Assembly: GCA_002721365.1 (NCBI GenBank)
Contig: PBKC01000011.1
Span: 38,029 to 102,028, forward strand
Length of the DNA stretch: 64,000 nt
Reading direction: 5' to 3'
Source of the DNA: Rhodospirillaceae bacterium
GTDB lineage: Bacteria; Pseudomonadota; Alphaproteobacteria; GCA-2721365
Numbering within the stretch: the stretch's first letter is position 1; each line of letters opens with the position of its first letter. The position numbers and the translations under genes are program-made. Below the pieces are notes generated by a model. It was given only the letters and a program-made list of their open reading frames with translations, was not told where the DNA came from and did not search any database. Positions 1 through 8,465 of the stretch are shown piece after piece.

Positions 1-1256
1 GGCGCCTCACTCATGCCCGGTTGCGACAGCGGCGGCTGGAAGGCGGTCTGTTCTTCGGTAACGAAATGCGGCAGCATTTCCGCAGTGATCTCGTCGCCTT
101 CTCCGACGACCACCAGATGGCGGAGAACGTTCTGGAGCTGCCGGACATTTCCCGGCCAGGTATAGTTCCGAAGCCGCTCCTCCGCTTCGCGTGTGAAGCC
201 GCGCACCGACTTGCCCTCCTCCTCGGCATAAGCAGCGAGACAATGACGGGCGATGGCCAGCACATCGTCGCCGCGCTCGCGGAGCGGCGGCATGGTCACG
301 GGGATCACGTGCAGACGGTAGTAAAGATCCTCACGGAAGCGCCCGGCCTCGATTTCCTTCAGCGGGTTCCGGTTGGTGGCGCAGACGAAACGCACGTCGA
401 CGGTCTCGTCGGTATGTCCCCCGACCTTCTGAAAGGTCTCGGTCTGGATGAAGCGCAGCAGCTTGGTCTGAAGTCCGAGATCCATCTCACAGATCTCGTC
501 CAGGAATAGCGTGCCGCCATGGGCCCGCCGCGCCGCGCCGTCGCGCTTGGCATGAGCGCCGGTGAAGGCACCGCGCACATGCCCGAACATCTCGCTTTCC
601 ATCAGGTCGCGGGGGATCGCCGCGCAGTTCAGCGCCACGAAGGGCCCGTCCGCCCGCGGCCCGCGCTGATGGATCGCTTCGGCGCAGAGTTCCTTCCCCG
701 TCCCGCTCTCGCCGGTGACGAAGACCGTAGCGCGGCTCGTCGCCGCCCGCTCGATAGTCCGATAGACCGCCTGCATGCACGGTGAGCGGCCGATGAAACG
801 GCAGTAACGTTCCATCGGAGCGGTATCGTTCAGCGTCGCGACGATCTGTTTCAGGCGCCGCCGCTCCAGCGCGTTGCGGACGGTGATGCGCAAGCGATCG
901 GCATTGAACGGCTTGCAAAGAAAATCATCGGCCCCCGCCCGCATGGCTTCGACCGCGTTGCCGATCGTCCCCTGTGCGGTGATCATCACCACGACCGTCT
1001 GCAGACGGTTGGCGGTGATGTGGCGGAGGACATCGAGGCCATCCATGTCCGGCAGCCGCGTTTCCAGCAGCACCGCGTCCGGCACGCGCTCAGCCAGCAC
1101 CGCCAGCGCGGCGGCCCCGGTCTCGACCTGGGTCACGGTCAGATTCTCGTCACGGAGATACTCGCCATAGACACGGGCGAGTGGCCGCGTTTCCTCGACG
1201 AGAAGCACCTCTTCCCGAGAACGGGTCATCATTTGGGCTGGATCACTCATCGCCAT
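1..1256 (-). CDS. sigma-54-dependent response regulator, LuxO/NtrC family (C-terminal HTH lies outside the window)
   Basis: The reverse frame is open from the ATG at 1256 (alternative ATG 1232) to the window edge. It is absent from the ORF track because there is no in-window stop. My translation shows a receiver domain (VLLVEETRPL...AVLLETRLPDMDGLDVL...ITAQGT...LCKPF). It also shows an AAA+ sigma-54 activator domain: Walker A GESGTGKE, GAFTGA loop, LLRFIQTETFQKVGG, RFREDLYYRL, WPGNVRQLQN. The antisense track ORFs 21..509 and 1020..2546 are artefacts. Confidence 0.9.
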   Translation of the reverse strand, partial: MAMSDPAQMMTRSREEVLLVEETRPLARVYGEYLRDENLTVTQVETGAAALAVLAERVPDAVLLETRLPDMDGLDVLRHITANRLQTVVVMITAQGTIGNAVEAMRAGADDFLCKPFNADRLRITVRNALERRRLKQIVATLNDTAPMERYCRFIGRSPCMQAVYRTIERAATSRATVFVTGESGTGKELCAEAIHQRGPRADGPFVALNCAAIPRDLMESEMFGHVRGAFTGAHAKRDGAARRAHGGTLFLDEICEMDLGLQTKLLRFIQTETFQKVGGHTDETVDVRFVCATNRNPLKEIEAGRFREDLYYRLHVIPVTMPPLRERGDDVLAIARHCLAAYAEEEGKSVRGFTREAEERLRNYTWPGNVRQLQNVLRHLVVVGEGDEITAEMLPHFVTEEQTAFQPPLSQPGMSEA

Positions 1257-1326
1257 GGGGAACTGATGACTGCCGAATGCATGGCCCGCCGGATCTTCTG
1301 GCACTCAACCCGGCGTAACACGATCC

Positions 1327-1342
1327 AGGCGCGCAGATTGCC
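1327..1342 (+). promoter_or_regulatory. candidate sigma-54 (-24/-12) promoter, divergent from the activator gene
   Basis: aGGCgCGcagaTTGCc compared with the consensus TGGCACG-N4-TTGCW. GG and GC sit at the exact canonical spacing and the TTGC is intact. Confidence 0.4.
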
Positions 1343-1352
1343 GAGGCATGGC

Positions 1353-1564
1353 ATGCCGCCCGATGAACTTTGTACGCAGGCACTCGCGCATCAGATGCAA
1401 AGCCTCCTGTCGACCTTCGGACGACTTCGGCCCCTGGCGAAGACCGGGTTCCGCCGGCGGAAGCGGTGCCGGGCCGACGATCTCAGCCGAAGCCCCGGCG
1501 CGACCGGACCGTCCACGACTACCTTTGCGTCCCCAACCGCAAAAGGTTTCTCGATTTCTTCTTC
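1353..1564 (+). ncRNA. hypothetical sigma-54-dependent small RNA (about 200 nt), bounded by the promoter at 1327 and the terminator at 1521
   Basis: No frame in this interval shows the GC3 bias seen in the real genes here. It contains several short GC stems (for example the palindrome TTCCGCC/GGCGGAA) and ends in a hairpin plus T-rich tail. This call is purely structural and positional. Confidence 0.2.
1521..1564 (+). terminator. candidate intrinsic terminator
   Basis: The stem aCCTTTGCG / CGCAAA(A)GGt has an 8-nt loop and one bulged A. It is followed by TTCTCGATTTCTTCTTC. Confidence 0.3.
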
Positions 1565-1875
1565 GGACCCAAGTGCCGTACCCGCGATACCTGCCGCCCT
1601 GTCCTCGAACTTCACCCTGACGCCCTCTCGCGCGCGACACTTTCTTGCGGAATGCGGTCCTCGCGGGACCGGCAACTGCCCTCGGCAGAGCCCTCTTATA
1701 GGGTTGACGACGAGATCAGGTCCACAGTCCCGAAACACAGCGCTACCGAGCATTTGCGGCTCACCGCAACTATTCGGATCAGGGTACCGCGCTCCGCAAG
1801 ATTTGACGGAGCGTCACTGGATGGCGATCCTCAGCTATGCCAGGGTCCGGCTCGGACTATCGTCGGGGAGTCGAG

Positions 1876-2631
1876 ATGAACCAGGTTCCGGACAGCGTGG
1901 CGGAAGGCACCGGCCGTACGCGGCGCAAGGGTATTTCGGTCATGCACCTGCTGCTGATCGCGGTGCTGATTCTGGGGCTTGTGGCTTTTTTCACCTTCGA
2001 TCTGGGCTCGTACGTCTCGTTCGACGCCCTGCGCGCGCATCATCAAGCGCTCGCCGATTTCGTGAACGAACACCTGGCGGTCGCCATGCTGCTGTTCGGA
2101 CTGGCCTACGCGGTAGCGGTCGCCTTTTCGCTGCCCGTCGGTTCCGTCATGACGGTGACGGGTGGGTTTCTGTTCGGGCAAATCGTGGGCACGATCCTCA
2201 CCGTCGTCTCCGCCACCGTCGGCGCCACCGCCCTGTTCCTGATCGCCAAGACCGCCCTCGGCGATCCGCTCCGGGAGCGCGCCGGTCCATGGCTCGCCCG
2301 CATGGAAAAGGGCTTCCAGGAAGACGCCTTCAATTACCTTCTGTTCCTGCGCCTGATCCCTGTCTTTCCGTTCTTCGCCGTCAATCTGGTACCTGCCTTC
2401 CTCGGCGTCGGGCTCCGTACCTATGTCGTGACCACGTTCATCGGCATCATTCCCGGAACTTTCGTCTACACGTCGATCGGTGCGGCGCTTCGCGAGCTGG
2501 TCGAAGCCGGCGGAGATTTCTCGATCCAGCTTGCGCTCGAACCTGAGATCATCGCGGCTCTGGTGGGTCTTGCCGTCCTTTCACTGATCCCCGTCGCCTA
2601 CCGCCGCATCAAGGGCACCAAGAAGACATGA
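1876..2631 (+). CDS. TVP38/TMEM64 (DedA-related) family membrane protein
   Basis: ATG at 1876 follows GGGGAG. The protein is multi-pass hydrophobic with VTGGFLFG and FLRLIPVFPFFAVNL motifs typical of the family. GC3 is high. Confidence 0.75.
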   Translation: MNQVPDSVAEGTGRTRRKGISVMHLLLIAVLILGLVAFFTFDLGSYVSFDALRAHHQALADFVNEHLAVAMLLFGLAYAVAVAFSLPVGSVMTVTGGFLFGQIVGTILTVVSATVGATALFLIAKTALGDPLRERAGPWLARMEKGFQEDAFNYLLFLRLIPVFPFFAVNLVPAFLGVGLRTYVVTTFIGIIPGTFVYTSIGAALRELVEAGGDFSIQLALEPEIIAALVGLAVLSLIPVAYRRIKGTKKT

Positions 2632-2635
2632 GTCG

Positions 2636-3757
2636 ATGATCCCGGACGTCGAATCTCCCTGCATCCTCATCGATACCGGAAGGCTCGAAGCCAATATCGC
2701 CCGCATGCAGCGGAAGGCGCTTGCCCGGAAGGTAGCGCTTCGGCCGCATGCCAAGACGCACAAGGTTACGGAGATCGCTGGCCTGCAACTCGCGGCAGGC
2801 GCGGTAGGGCTCACCACATCGAAGTCCGAGGAGGCGGTGACGTTCATCGAGGCCGGCGTCCCGTCGGTCACCGTGGCCTATCCGCTGGCCGACCCGCGCA
2901 AGGTGGACCGGGTCCTCGGTGCGGCCCGTCATCACGGCACCGACACACGCTTCATCGTCGACAGCGAGGCCGGCCTGGACCTCTTGGCGGCGTGCGCGGC
3001 GGACCGGTCCACAGACGGGATTCCGGTACTCATCAAGATCGATGTCGGTCTTGGCCGATGCGGCCTCAAGGAAGCCGATCCGCGGATCATCGACCTGGCT
3101 CGACGGGCCGACGCGACACGCGGCTTGACGTTCGCGGGCCTGCTCTCCCATGCCGGGCATGCTTATGCCGCGGGAAACGCCGATGCCGTGCGCGCGATCG
3201 CGACCGAGGAAGCCGCGATCCTCAACCGGCTGCGTTCCTGTCTCGACGACGCCGGCATCGCGACTCCCTGTCTGTCGGTCGGATCGACCCCAACGGTGCT
3301 GGCAGCCGAGGATTTCGGCGGCGTCGACGAAATCAGGCCGGGGAACTATGTCTTCATGGACCTCACCCAGCTTCGCCTGGGGGTCGCGAGCCTGGACGAG
3401 GTCGCGCTCACCGTGCTCACCACCGTGGTCAGCAGTCATGAAGGACAAGCCATCATCGACGCCGGCTCGAAGGTCCTGAGCACCGATCTTGGGCCTCATG
3501 GCACGGGAAGCGGCGGTTACGGCCGCGCCTGGCTGGCGGATGCCCCCCTGGGCGATGGCCCCGGCTTCGCCGTCACCCGCCTGTCGGAGGAGCACGGCTT
3601 CGTCGCCACCGACGGAGCACGGCTCCCCGTCGGCACGCGCCTGAGGATCGTCCCCAACCATTCCTGCCCGGTCGCCAACCTCGCCGACCGCGTGATCGCG
3701 TTCTCCGATGGCGTAAGCGAACCCTGGCCGGTCGCCGCTCGCGGCAAGGTCCGCTGA
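2636..3757 (+). CDS. PLP-dependent D-TA/DSD1-like enzyme (alanine-racemase N-terminal fold; D-threonine aldolase / D-serine dehydratase-like)
   Basis: LRPHAKTHK is a PLP-lysine motif. The C-terminus reads EEHG...IVPNHSCPV. 373 aa. Confidence 0.75.
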   Translation: MIPDVESPCILIDTGRLEANIARMQRKALARKVALRPHAKTHKVTEIAGLQLAAGAVGLTTSKSEEAVTFIEAGVPSVTVAYPLADPRKVDRVLGAARHHGTDTRFIVDSEAGLDLLAACAADRSTDGIPVLIKIDVGLGRCGLKEADPRIIDLARRADATRGLTFAGLLSHAGHAYAAGNADAVRAIATEEAAILNRLRSCLDDAGIATPCLSVGSTPTVLAAEDFGGVDEIRPGNYVFMDLTQLRLGVASLDEVALTVLTTVVSSHEGQAIIDAGSKVLSTDLGPHGTGSGGYGRAWLADAPLGDGPGFAVTRLSEEHGFVATDGARLPVGTRLRIVPNHSCPVANLADRVIAFSDGVSEPWPVAARGKVR

Positions 3758-3840
3758 CCCGGCATTCCATTGACCCGGGTTTCGTCGACCTGCCCATTCC
3801 GGCTAGATAGCGGATGAACCTCGTCTGCAAGGAGCGCCGG

Positions 3841-4752
3841 ATGGCGATCAGCATCCCTTATCGCCGTGACATCGCCTTCGAATATGCGACGGCGGAACGC
3901 GTGTCCCCGCTGATCCGCCGGGTGGTCGCGCGCAACCCCAGCGCCTTCACTTTTCATGGCACCGGCACCTACATCGTCGGAAACGGAACGGTGGCGATCA
4001 TCGACCCCGGCCCGCATATGCCTGAACATATCGACGCGCTGCTGGGTGCCGTGGCCGGCGAGACGGTCACCCATCTGGTCGTCACCCACACCCATCGGGA
4101 TCATTCGCCGGCGGCGCGCGCGCTCAAGCAGGCGCTCGACGCGCCGATCTACGGCTGTGGCCCCCACGGGACACTCGCATCGGGAGCCGGTGTCGAGGAA
4201 GGTGCCGACAGCGAGCACCGCCCGGATGTCGAGATGCGGGACGGCGATGCGATTCGGGGACAAGGCTGGACGCTCGAGGCCGTAGCGACCCCCGGCCACA
4301 CCTCCAATCACCTCTGCTTCGCTCTACCCGAGGAGAAGGCGCTGTTCTCCGGCGACCACGTCATGGGCTGGTCGACGACCGTGGTCTCGCCGCCCGACGG
4401 GGACATGCATGCGTACATGACGTCGCTGAAGAAGCTGCTCGACCGCGAAGACGCCATCTACTGGCCGACCCACGGCCCCTCGATCGACGACCCCAAGGCC
4501 CTGGTCTGCGCCTATATCGCCCATCGGGAGGAGCGGGAGCGTCAGATCCTCGCCTGTCTCGCCGACGGTCCCGCGACGATCCCGGAGATGGTCGCCCGCA
4601 TGTATGCCGACGTCGATCCGCGCCTGCATCGCGCGGCGGGACGGTCCGTGCTCGCGCATCTGGAGCACATGATCGCAACGGGCCGGGTGGTCCGGCTCGA
4701 CCCCGCGGTTGATGCGTCGGAGCCCACATACGGCAGGGCCTCGGGCTCGTAA
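3841..4752 (+). CDS. MBL-fold metallo-hydrolase
   Basis: HLVVTHTHRDHS is an HxHxDH motif. ATG at 3841 follows AAGGAG; the track start at 3814 is an alternative. Confidence 0.8.
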   Translation: MAISIPYRRDIAFEYATAERVSPLIRRVVARNPSAFTFHGTGTYIVGNGTVAIIDPGPHMPEHIDALLGAVAGETVTHLVVTHTHRDHSPAARALKQALDAPIYGCGPHGTLASGAGVEEGADSEHRPDVEMRDGDAIRGQGWTLEAVATPGHTSNHLCFALPEEKALFSGDHVMGWSTTVVSPPDGDMHAYMTSLKKLLDREDAIYWPTHGPSIDDPKALVCAYIAHREERERQILACLADGPATIPEMVARMYADVDPRLHRAAGRSVLAHLEHMIATGRVVRLDPAVDASEPTYGRASGS

Positions 4753-4783
4753 CCCTGCGGCTACCTCCCGAGGTCCGGCGGGT

Positions 4784-5515
4784 CTACTCCTCGCCGAAAA
4801 TGAACTTGCCGTGAAGCGCCCGGAACACCGGGACAGGACGTGCAACGCCTCGTTCGGGTGGCGATTCCAGCAGGCGCGACACCTCGCCGACCACCCGCCG
4901 CGTGATCGCCGGAATATTCAGCTCCAGAATTTCCGGTATCGGAACGAAGCGCACCTCACCGAGTTCCTGGTCTCCCCCGACCTCACCACGCAGATGCGCC
5001 GCGTCGGCCATGAAGAAACGCGCGTTGAAACGCCGCGGACGGCCCGGCGGCGTCACCGCGCGGAAGATGTAGTCGAGCTCGTCCAAGGCCGGCGCCAGTC
5101 CCTGGTCGAGAAACCCTCGCCAGCTTTCAGGCACGCGCCGACGTTCCGAAGCCGGCTTCGCCAACATCAGCCCCGTTTCCTCGAACGTCTCGCGTACTGC
5201 GGCAATGGCCAGCGCCCGCGCCCGCGCCGGCGTCGCGGCCCGCGCGAGGCGGGCCATCGTATCGGGTTTGAGCTCGGTCGCGGCCGCAACTTGCCAATCC
5301 CCCCGATCGACCGCGCCACCCGGAAAGACGTAGCTGTTGGGATGAAAGGCGCTGCTGCCGTGTCTCTGGCCCATCAGGATCGCCGGCGTTCCGCCGTCAC
5401 GACGAACGAGAATCAGGGTGGCTGCGTCGCGGGGACGGAGGGTTTTCGTCGGCATGACGGCTTGCGAGCGATTGGCGGGGGCCGTAACTTGCCGCACCGG
5501 TGCCGCGCTGTCCAT
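4784..5515 (-). CDS. NUDIX family hydrolase
   Basis: YVFPGGAVD...AAVRETFEETGL matches a Nudix box. The start is uncertain (5515 or the internal ATG at 5455). Confidence 0.75.
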   Translation of the reverse strand: MDSAAPVRQVTAPANRSQAVMPTKTLRPRDAATLILVRRDGGTPAILMGQRHGSSAFHPNSYVFPGGAVDRGDWQVAAATELKPDTMARLARAATPARARALAIAAVRETFEETGLMLAKPASERRRVPESWRGFLDQGLAPALDELDYIFRAVTPPGRPRRFNARFFMADAAHLRGEVGGDQELGEVRFVPIPEILELNIPAITRRVVGEVSRLLESPPERGVARPVPVFRALHGKFIFGEE

Positions 5516-5550
5516 GTTTCGCGGACACCCAGGGAGGATCGAAAGAAGCC

Positions 5551-6264
5551 ATGGACATCAGCAAGATCAAGGCTCTGACCTTCGACGTCTTCGGAACGGT
5601 CGTCGACTGGCGCGGCTCGATCATCCGCGACGGTCAGCGCATGGGGGCGGAATGGGGCATCTCGATCGACTGGGAAGCCTTCGCCGATGCCTACCGCGCC
5701 GGCTACCAGCCGGCGATGGAGCCGATCCGCACCGGCAAGGAGGGGTTCCTCCGCATCGACACGCTGCACCGGCGCATCCTCGACACGCTGATCCCGCAGT
5801 TCGGGTTGGAGACGCTCGACGAGGCGCAGCGCGACCACCTGAACAAGGTCTGGCACCGGCTCGATCCCTGGCCGGACTCGGTGTCGGGCCTCACCCGGCT
5901 CAAGAAGAAGTTCATCATCTCGACGCTCTCCAACGGCAACGTCGCCTTGCTCGTCAACATGGCGAAATATGCGGGCCTGCCCTGGGACTGCGTGCTGTGC
6001 GGCGAGACCTTCCAGCAATACAAGCCGGTGCCCGAGGTCTATCGCGGCGCGGCGGACATGCTGGGGCTCGAAACCGAGGAAGTGATGATGGTCGCCGCGC
6101 ATAACGACGATCTCGCTGCTGCAGCGGCCACCGGAATGCGCACCGCCTTTATCCCCCGGCCCACGGAATACGGTCCGCACCAGGACAAAGACTTCGAAGC
6201 CGACCCGGAAATCGACGTGCCGGCCAAGGACATGAACGACCTCGCCGACAAGCTCGGTGCCTGA
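5551..6264 (+). CDS. haloacid dehalogenase type II (HAD superfamily)
   Basis: ATG at 5551 follows GGGAGGA. MDISKIKALTFDVFGTVVDW carries the nucleophile Asp motif. The 17 codons upstream of it in the track ORF are unlikely to be real. Confidence 0.8.
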   Translation: MDISKIKALTFDVFGTVVDWRGSIIRDGQRMGAEWGISIDWEAFADAYRAGYQPAMEPIRTGKEGFLRIDTLHRRILDTLIPQFGLETLDEAQRDHLNKVWHRLDPWPDSVSGLTRLKKKFIISTLSNGNVALLVNMAKYAGLPWDCVLCGETFQQYKPVPEVYRGAADMLGLETEEVMMVAAHNDDLAAAAATGMRTAFIPRPTEYGPHQDKDFEADPEIDVPAKDMNDLADKLGA

Positions 6265-6268
6265 GCCC

Positions 6269-7477
6269 ATGAGCAACGATTCCTCTACGCCGCCGAGCAC
6301 CGGCGCCCTCGCCGGCATCCGCATCGTCGACCTGACCCGCATCCTCGCCGGTCCGTTCTGCACACAGCATCTCGCCGACCATGGTGCCGACGTCGTCAAG
6401 GTCGAACCGCCGGTGGGGGACGAGACCCGCACCTGGGGCCCGCCGTTCAAGGACGGGCAGAGCGCCTATTTCAGCGGGGTCAACCGTAACAAGCGCTCGC
6501 TCGGCCTCGATCTCGCCAGCGAACGCGGCCGGGAGGTGCTGTTCCGCCTGCTCGCCACCGCCGACGTGGTGGTCGAGAACTTCAAGGCGGGAACGCTGGA
6601 GAAGTGGGGCATCGGTTTCGACGACGTGCTGGCACCGCGCTTCCCCTCGCTGATCCACTGCCGCATCTCGGGCTACGGCTCGACCGGACCCTATGGGGGC
6701 CTGCCCGGCTACGACGCCATCGCTCAGGCGATGAGCGGTCTGATGAGCATCAACGGCGAAGCGAATGGCGAGCCGGTTCGCGTCGGCGCGCCGATGGCCG
6801 ACCTCGCCGCCGGCATGCACGCCCTGTCGGCGATCCTGATGGCGCTGATCGAACGCCAGCGCTCGGGCCGCGGTCAGTCGGTCGAGATCTGCCTGCTGGA
6901 TGCGGCGATCAGCCTGCTGCACCCGCACGCCGCCAACTACCTGATGAGCGGCAAACGGCCGAAGCGGACAGGCAACGCCCACCCCAACATCGCGCCCTAC
7001 GAGCTGTTCCCGACCGCGAACGGCATGCTGTTCCTCGCCATCGGCAACGACCGCCAGTTCGGTCGTCTGATGGCCGAGCTCGGCAGCCCGGAGACCGCCG
7101 AAGACTCGCGCTTCCGCACCAATGCCGACCGGCTGACCAACCGCCCCGCGCTGACCGGGACCCTGTGCACCCTTCTCGCGGACAAGGACGGCACCGCCCT
7201 CTCCTTCCAGCTTCTGAAGGCGGGCGTGCCGGCCGGCGTCGTCCAGGAGATCCCGGAAGTGCTGGAGCATCCGCAGGTCCGCCACCAGAAGATGGGCGTC
7301 GAGATCGACGGCTATCGCGGCCTCGGCGTGGCGGTGAAGATGTCGCGCACCCCCGGCGCGGCCCGCACCAAGCCGCCTTTTCTCGGCGAGCACAGCCGCA
7401 TCGTCCTCGGCGAAGCCGGCCTCGCGGTCGGCGAGATCGAGGACCTGATCGCCGCGGGCGTGGTGGTGGCGCGGTAG
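6269..7477 (+). CDS. CaiB/BaiF family III CoA-transferase
   Basis: IRIVDLTRILAGPFCTQHLADHGADVVKVEPP is a typical family III N-terminus. About 400 aa. Confidence 0.85.
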   Translation: MSNDSSTPPSTGALAGIRIVDLTRILAGPFCTQHLADHGADVVKVEPPVGDETRTWGPPFKDGQSAYFSGVNRNKRSLGLDLASERGREVLFRLLATADVVVENFKAGTLEKWGIGFDDVLAPRFPSLIHCRISGYGSTGPYGGLPGYDAIAQAMSGLMSINGEANGEPVRVGAPMADLAAGMHALSAILMALIERQRSGRGQSVEICLLDAAISLLHPHAANYLMSGKRPKRTGNAHPNIAPYELFPTANGMLFLAIGNDRQFGRLMAELGSPETAEDSRFRTNADRLTNRPALTGTLCTLLADKDGTALSFQLLKAGVPAGVVQEIPEVLEHPQVRHQKMGVEIDGYRGLGVAVKMSRTPGAARTKPPFLGEHSRIVLGEAGLAVGEIEDLIAAGVVVAR

Positions 7478-7481
7478 AAGC

Positions 7482-7616
7482 CGCTCCCCGCCCCCTCCCC
7501 AACCCTCCCCCTGAAGGGAGAGGGCTCAAGGAAGTGGGTCAGGGTCTCGGTTGGACGGTGCGCGGCCAAGTCCCAAAGCCCTCTCCCTTCAGGGGGAGGG
7601 TTGGGAGGGGGGAGCG
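7482..7616. repeat. nested-palindrome intergenic repeat, family 1 (CCCTCTCC...GGAGAGGG cores)
   Basis: The left arm (7482-7525) and right arm (7578-7616) are near-perfect reverse complements. Each arm contains its own CCCTC(T)CCC-TGAA/TTCA-GGGAGAGGG hairpin. It lies between convergent genes. Confidence 0.85.
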
Positions 7617-7621
7617 TCTCC

Positions 7622-8356
7622 CTAGGTCGCCAGGAAGCCGCCGTCGATCGCGAGCGTCGTGCCGGTCACGTAGGTCGCGGCGTCCGAGCACAGATAGACC
7701 GCGCCGCCGGCGATCTCCTCCGGCGCGCCCCAGCGGCCGAGCGGCGTCCGTTGGCTGACATAGCTGTCGAACTCCGGCTTGTCCTGCATTTCCTGGTTGA
7801 TCTTGGTCCGGATATAGCCCGGCGCGATGGCGTTCACCCGGATGCCGAGCGGCGCCCAGGCGATCGCCAGCGACTGGGTAAGCTGGGCGATGCCGGCCTT
7901 GGCGGCGCCGTAGCCGATGGTCTTCGGGCTGCCGATGAAGGTGGTCAGAGAAGCGATGTTGAGGATCGCGCCGCGGCTCTTCTCCAGATGCGGCCTGAAG
8001 GCGTTGCAGAGCCGCATCGTGCCGGTGAGGTTGACGTCGAGCGTGTCCTGGAAGGCCGCGGTCTCGTAGCCCTTCTCGTCGCGGATCACCAGCCCGGCGC
8101 AGTTCACCAGGATGTCGAGATTGGTGATGTTCGCCGCCAGCATCTGCACCGCTCCGTCATCCCTGACGTCGAGCGCGAAATAGGCGATGTCCTCGGCCTT
8201 CAGGGACTGCACGGCATCGTGGTCGTGCTGCGTGCCGGTGACCATCACCTCGGCGCCATAGCCCTTGAATGCCCGCGCAATGGTAAGGCCGATGCCGGTA
8301 CGGCCGCCGACCACCAGCGCCCGCTTGCCCGAGAGATCGAAGCTCGGAACTGTCAT
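7622..8356 (-). CDS. SDR family oxidoreductase
   Basis: ATG at 8356 follows GAGGAG. Motifs: VVGGRTGIGLTIA (TGxxxGxG) and YGAAKAG (YxxxK). The track N-terminal extension to 8419 runs into a repeat. Confidence 0.85.
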   Translation of the reverse strand: MTVPSFDLSGKRALVVGGRTGIGLTIARAFKGYGAEVMVTGTQHDHDAVQSLKAEDIAYFALDVRDDGAVQMLAANITNLDILVNCAGLVIRDEKGYETAAFQDTLDVNLTGTMRLCNAFRPHLEKSRGAILNIASLTTFIGSPKTIGYGAAKAGIAQLTQSLAIAWAPLGIRVNAIAPGYIRTKINQEMQDKPEFDSYVSQRTPLGRWGAPEEIAGGAVYLCSDAATYVTGTTLAIDGGFLAT

Positions 8357-8382
8357 GCTGTTCTCCTCGTTTCGCAAAGTCC

Positions 8383-8453
8383 GTCGCCCCCGCGAAGGCG
8401 GGGGCCCAGGCAGCCGCACGGCGTCTGGATTCCCGCCTTCGCGGGAATGACGA
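8383..8453. repeat. composite palindromic intergenic repeat, family 2 (GTCAT/ATCC-flanked hairpins; 'IPAFAGMT' element)
   Basis: GTCGCCCCCGCGAAGGCGGGGGCCCAGG is followed by an inverted unit, CTGGATTCCCGCCTTCGCGGGAATGACG. Confidence 0.8.
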
Positions 8454-8465
8454 CTTGGGTTTCCG

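Noticed and set aside
1391-1753. 120-aa minus-strand ORF in the 600-bp gap
   Set aside because: Third-codon positions are mixed A/T/G/C, unlike the real genes here. It has no SD and no recognisable motif.
1020-2546. 508-aa plus-strand ORF spanning the activator 5' end, the intergenic gap and the TVP38 gene
   Set aside because: It is Arg/Pro/Gly-rich low-complexity translation. It is antisense or off-frame to two well-supported genes and has no coherent GC3 pattern across the gap. It is a typical high-GC artefact.
6149-7393. 414-aa ORF antisense to the CoA-transferase gene
   Set aside because: The sense frame has clear family III CoA-transferase motifs. The antisense product is Arg/Ala/Gly-rich with no motifs.
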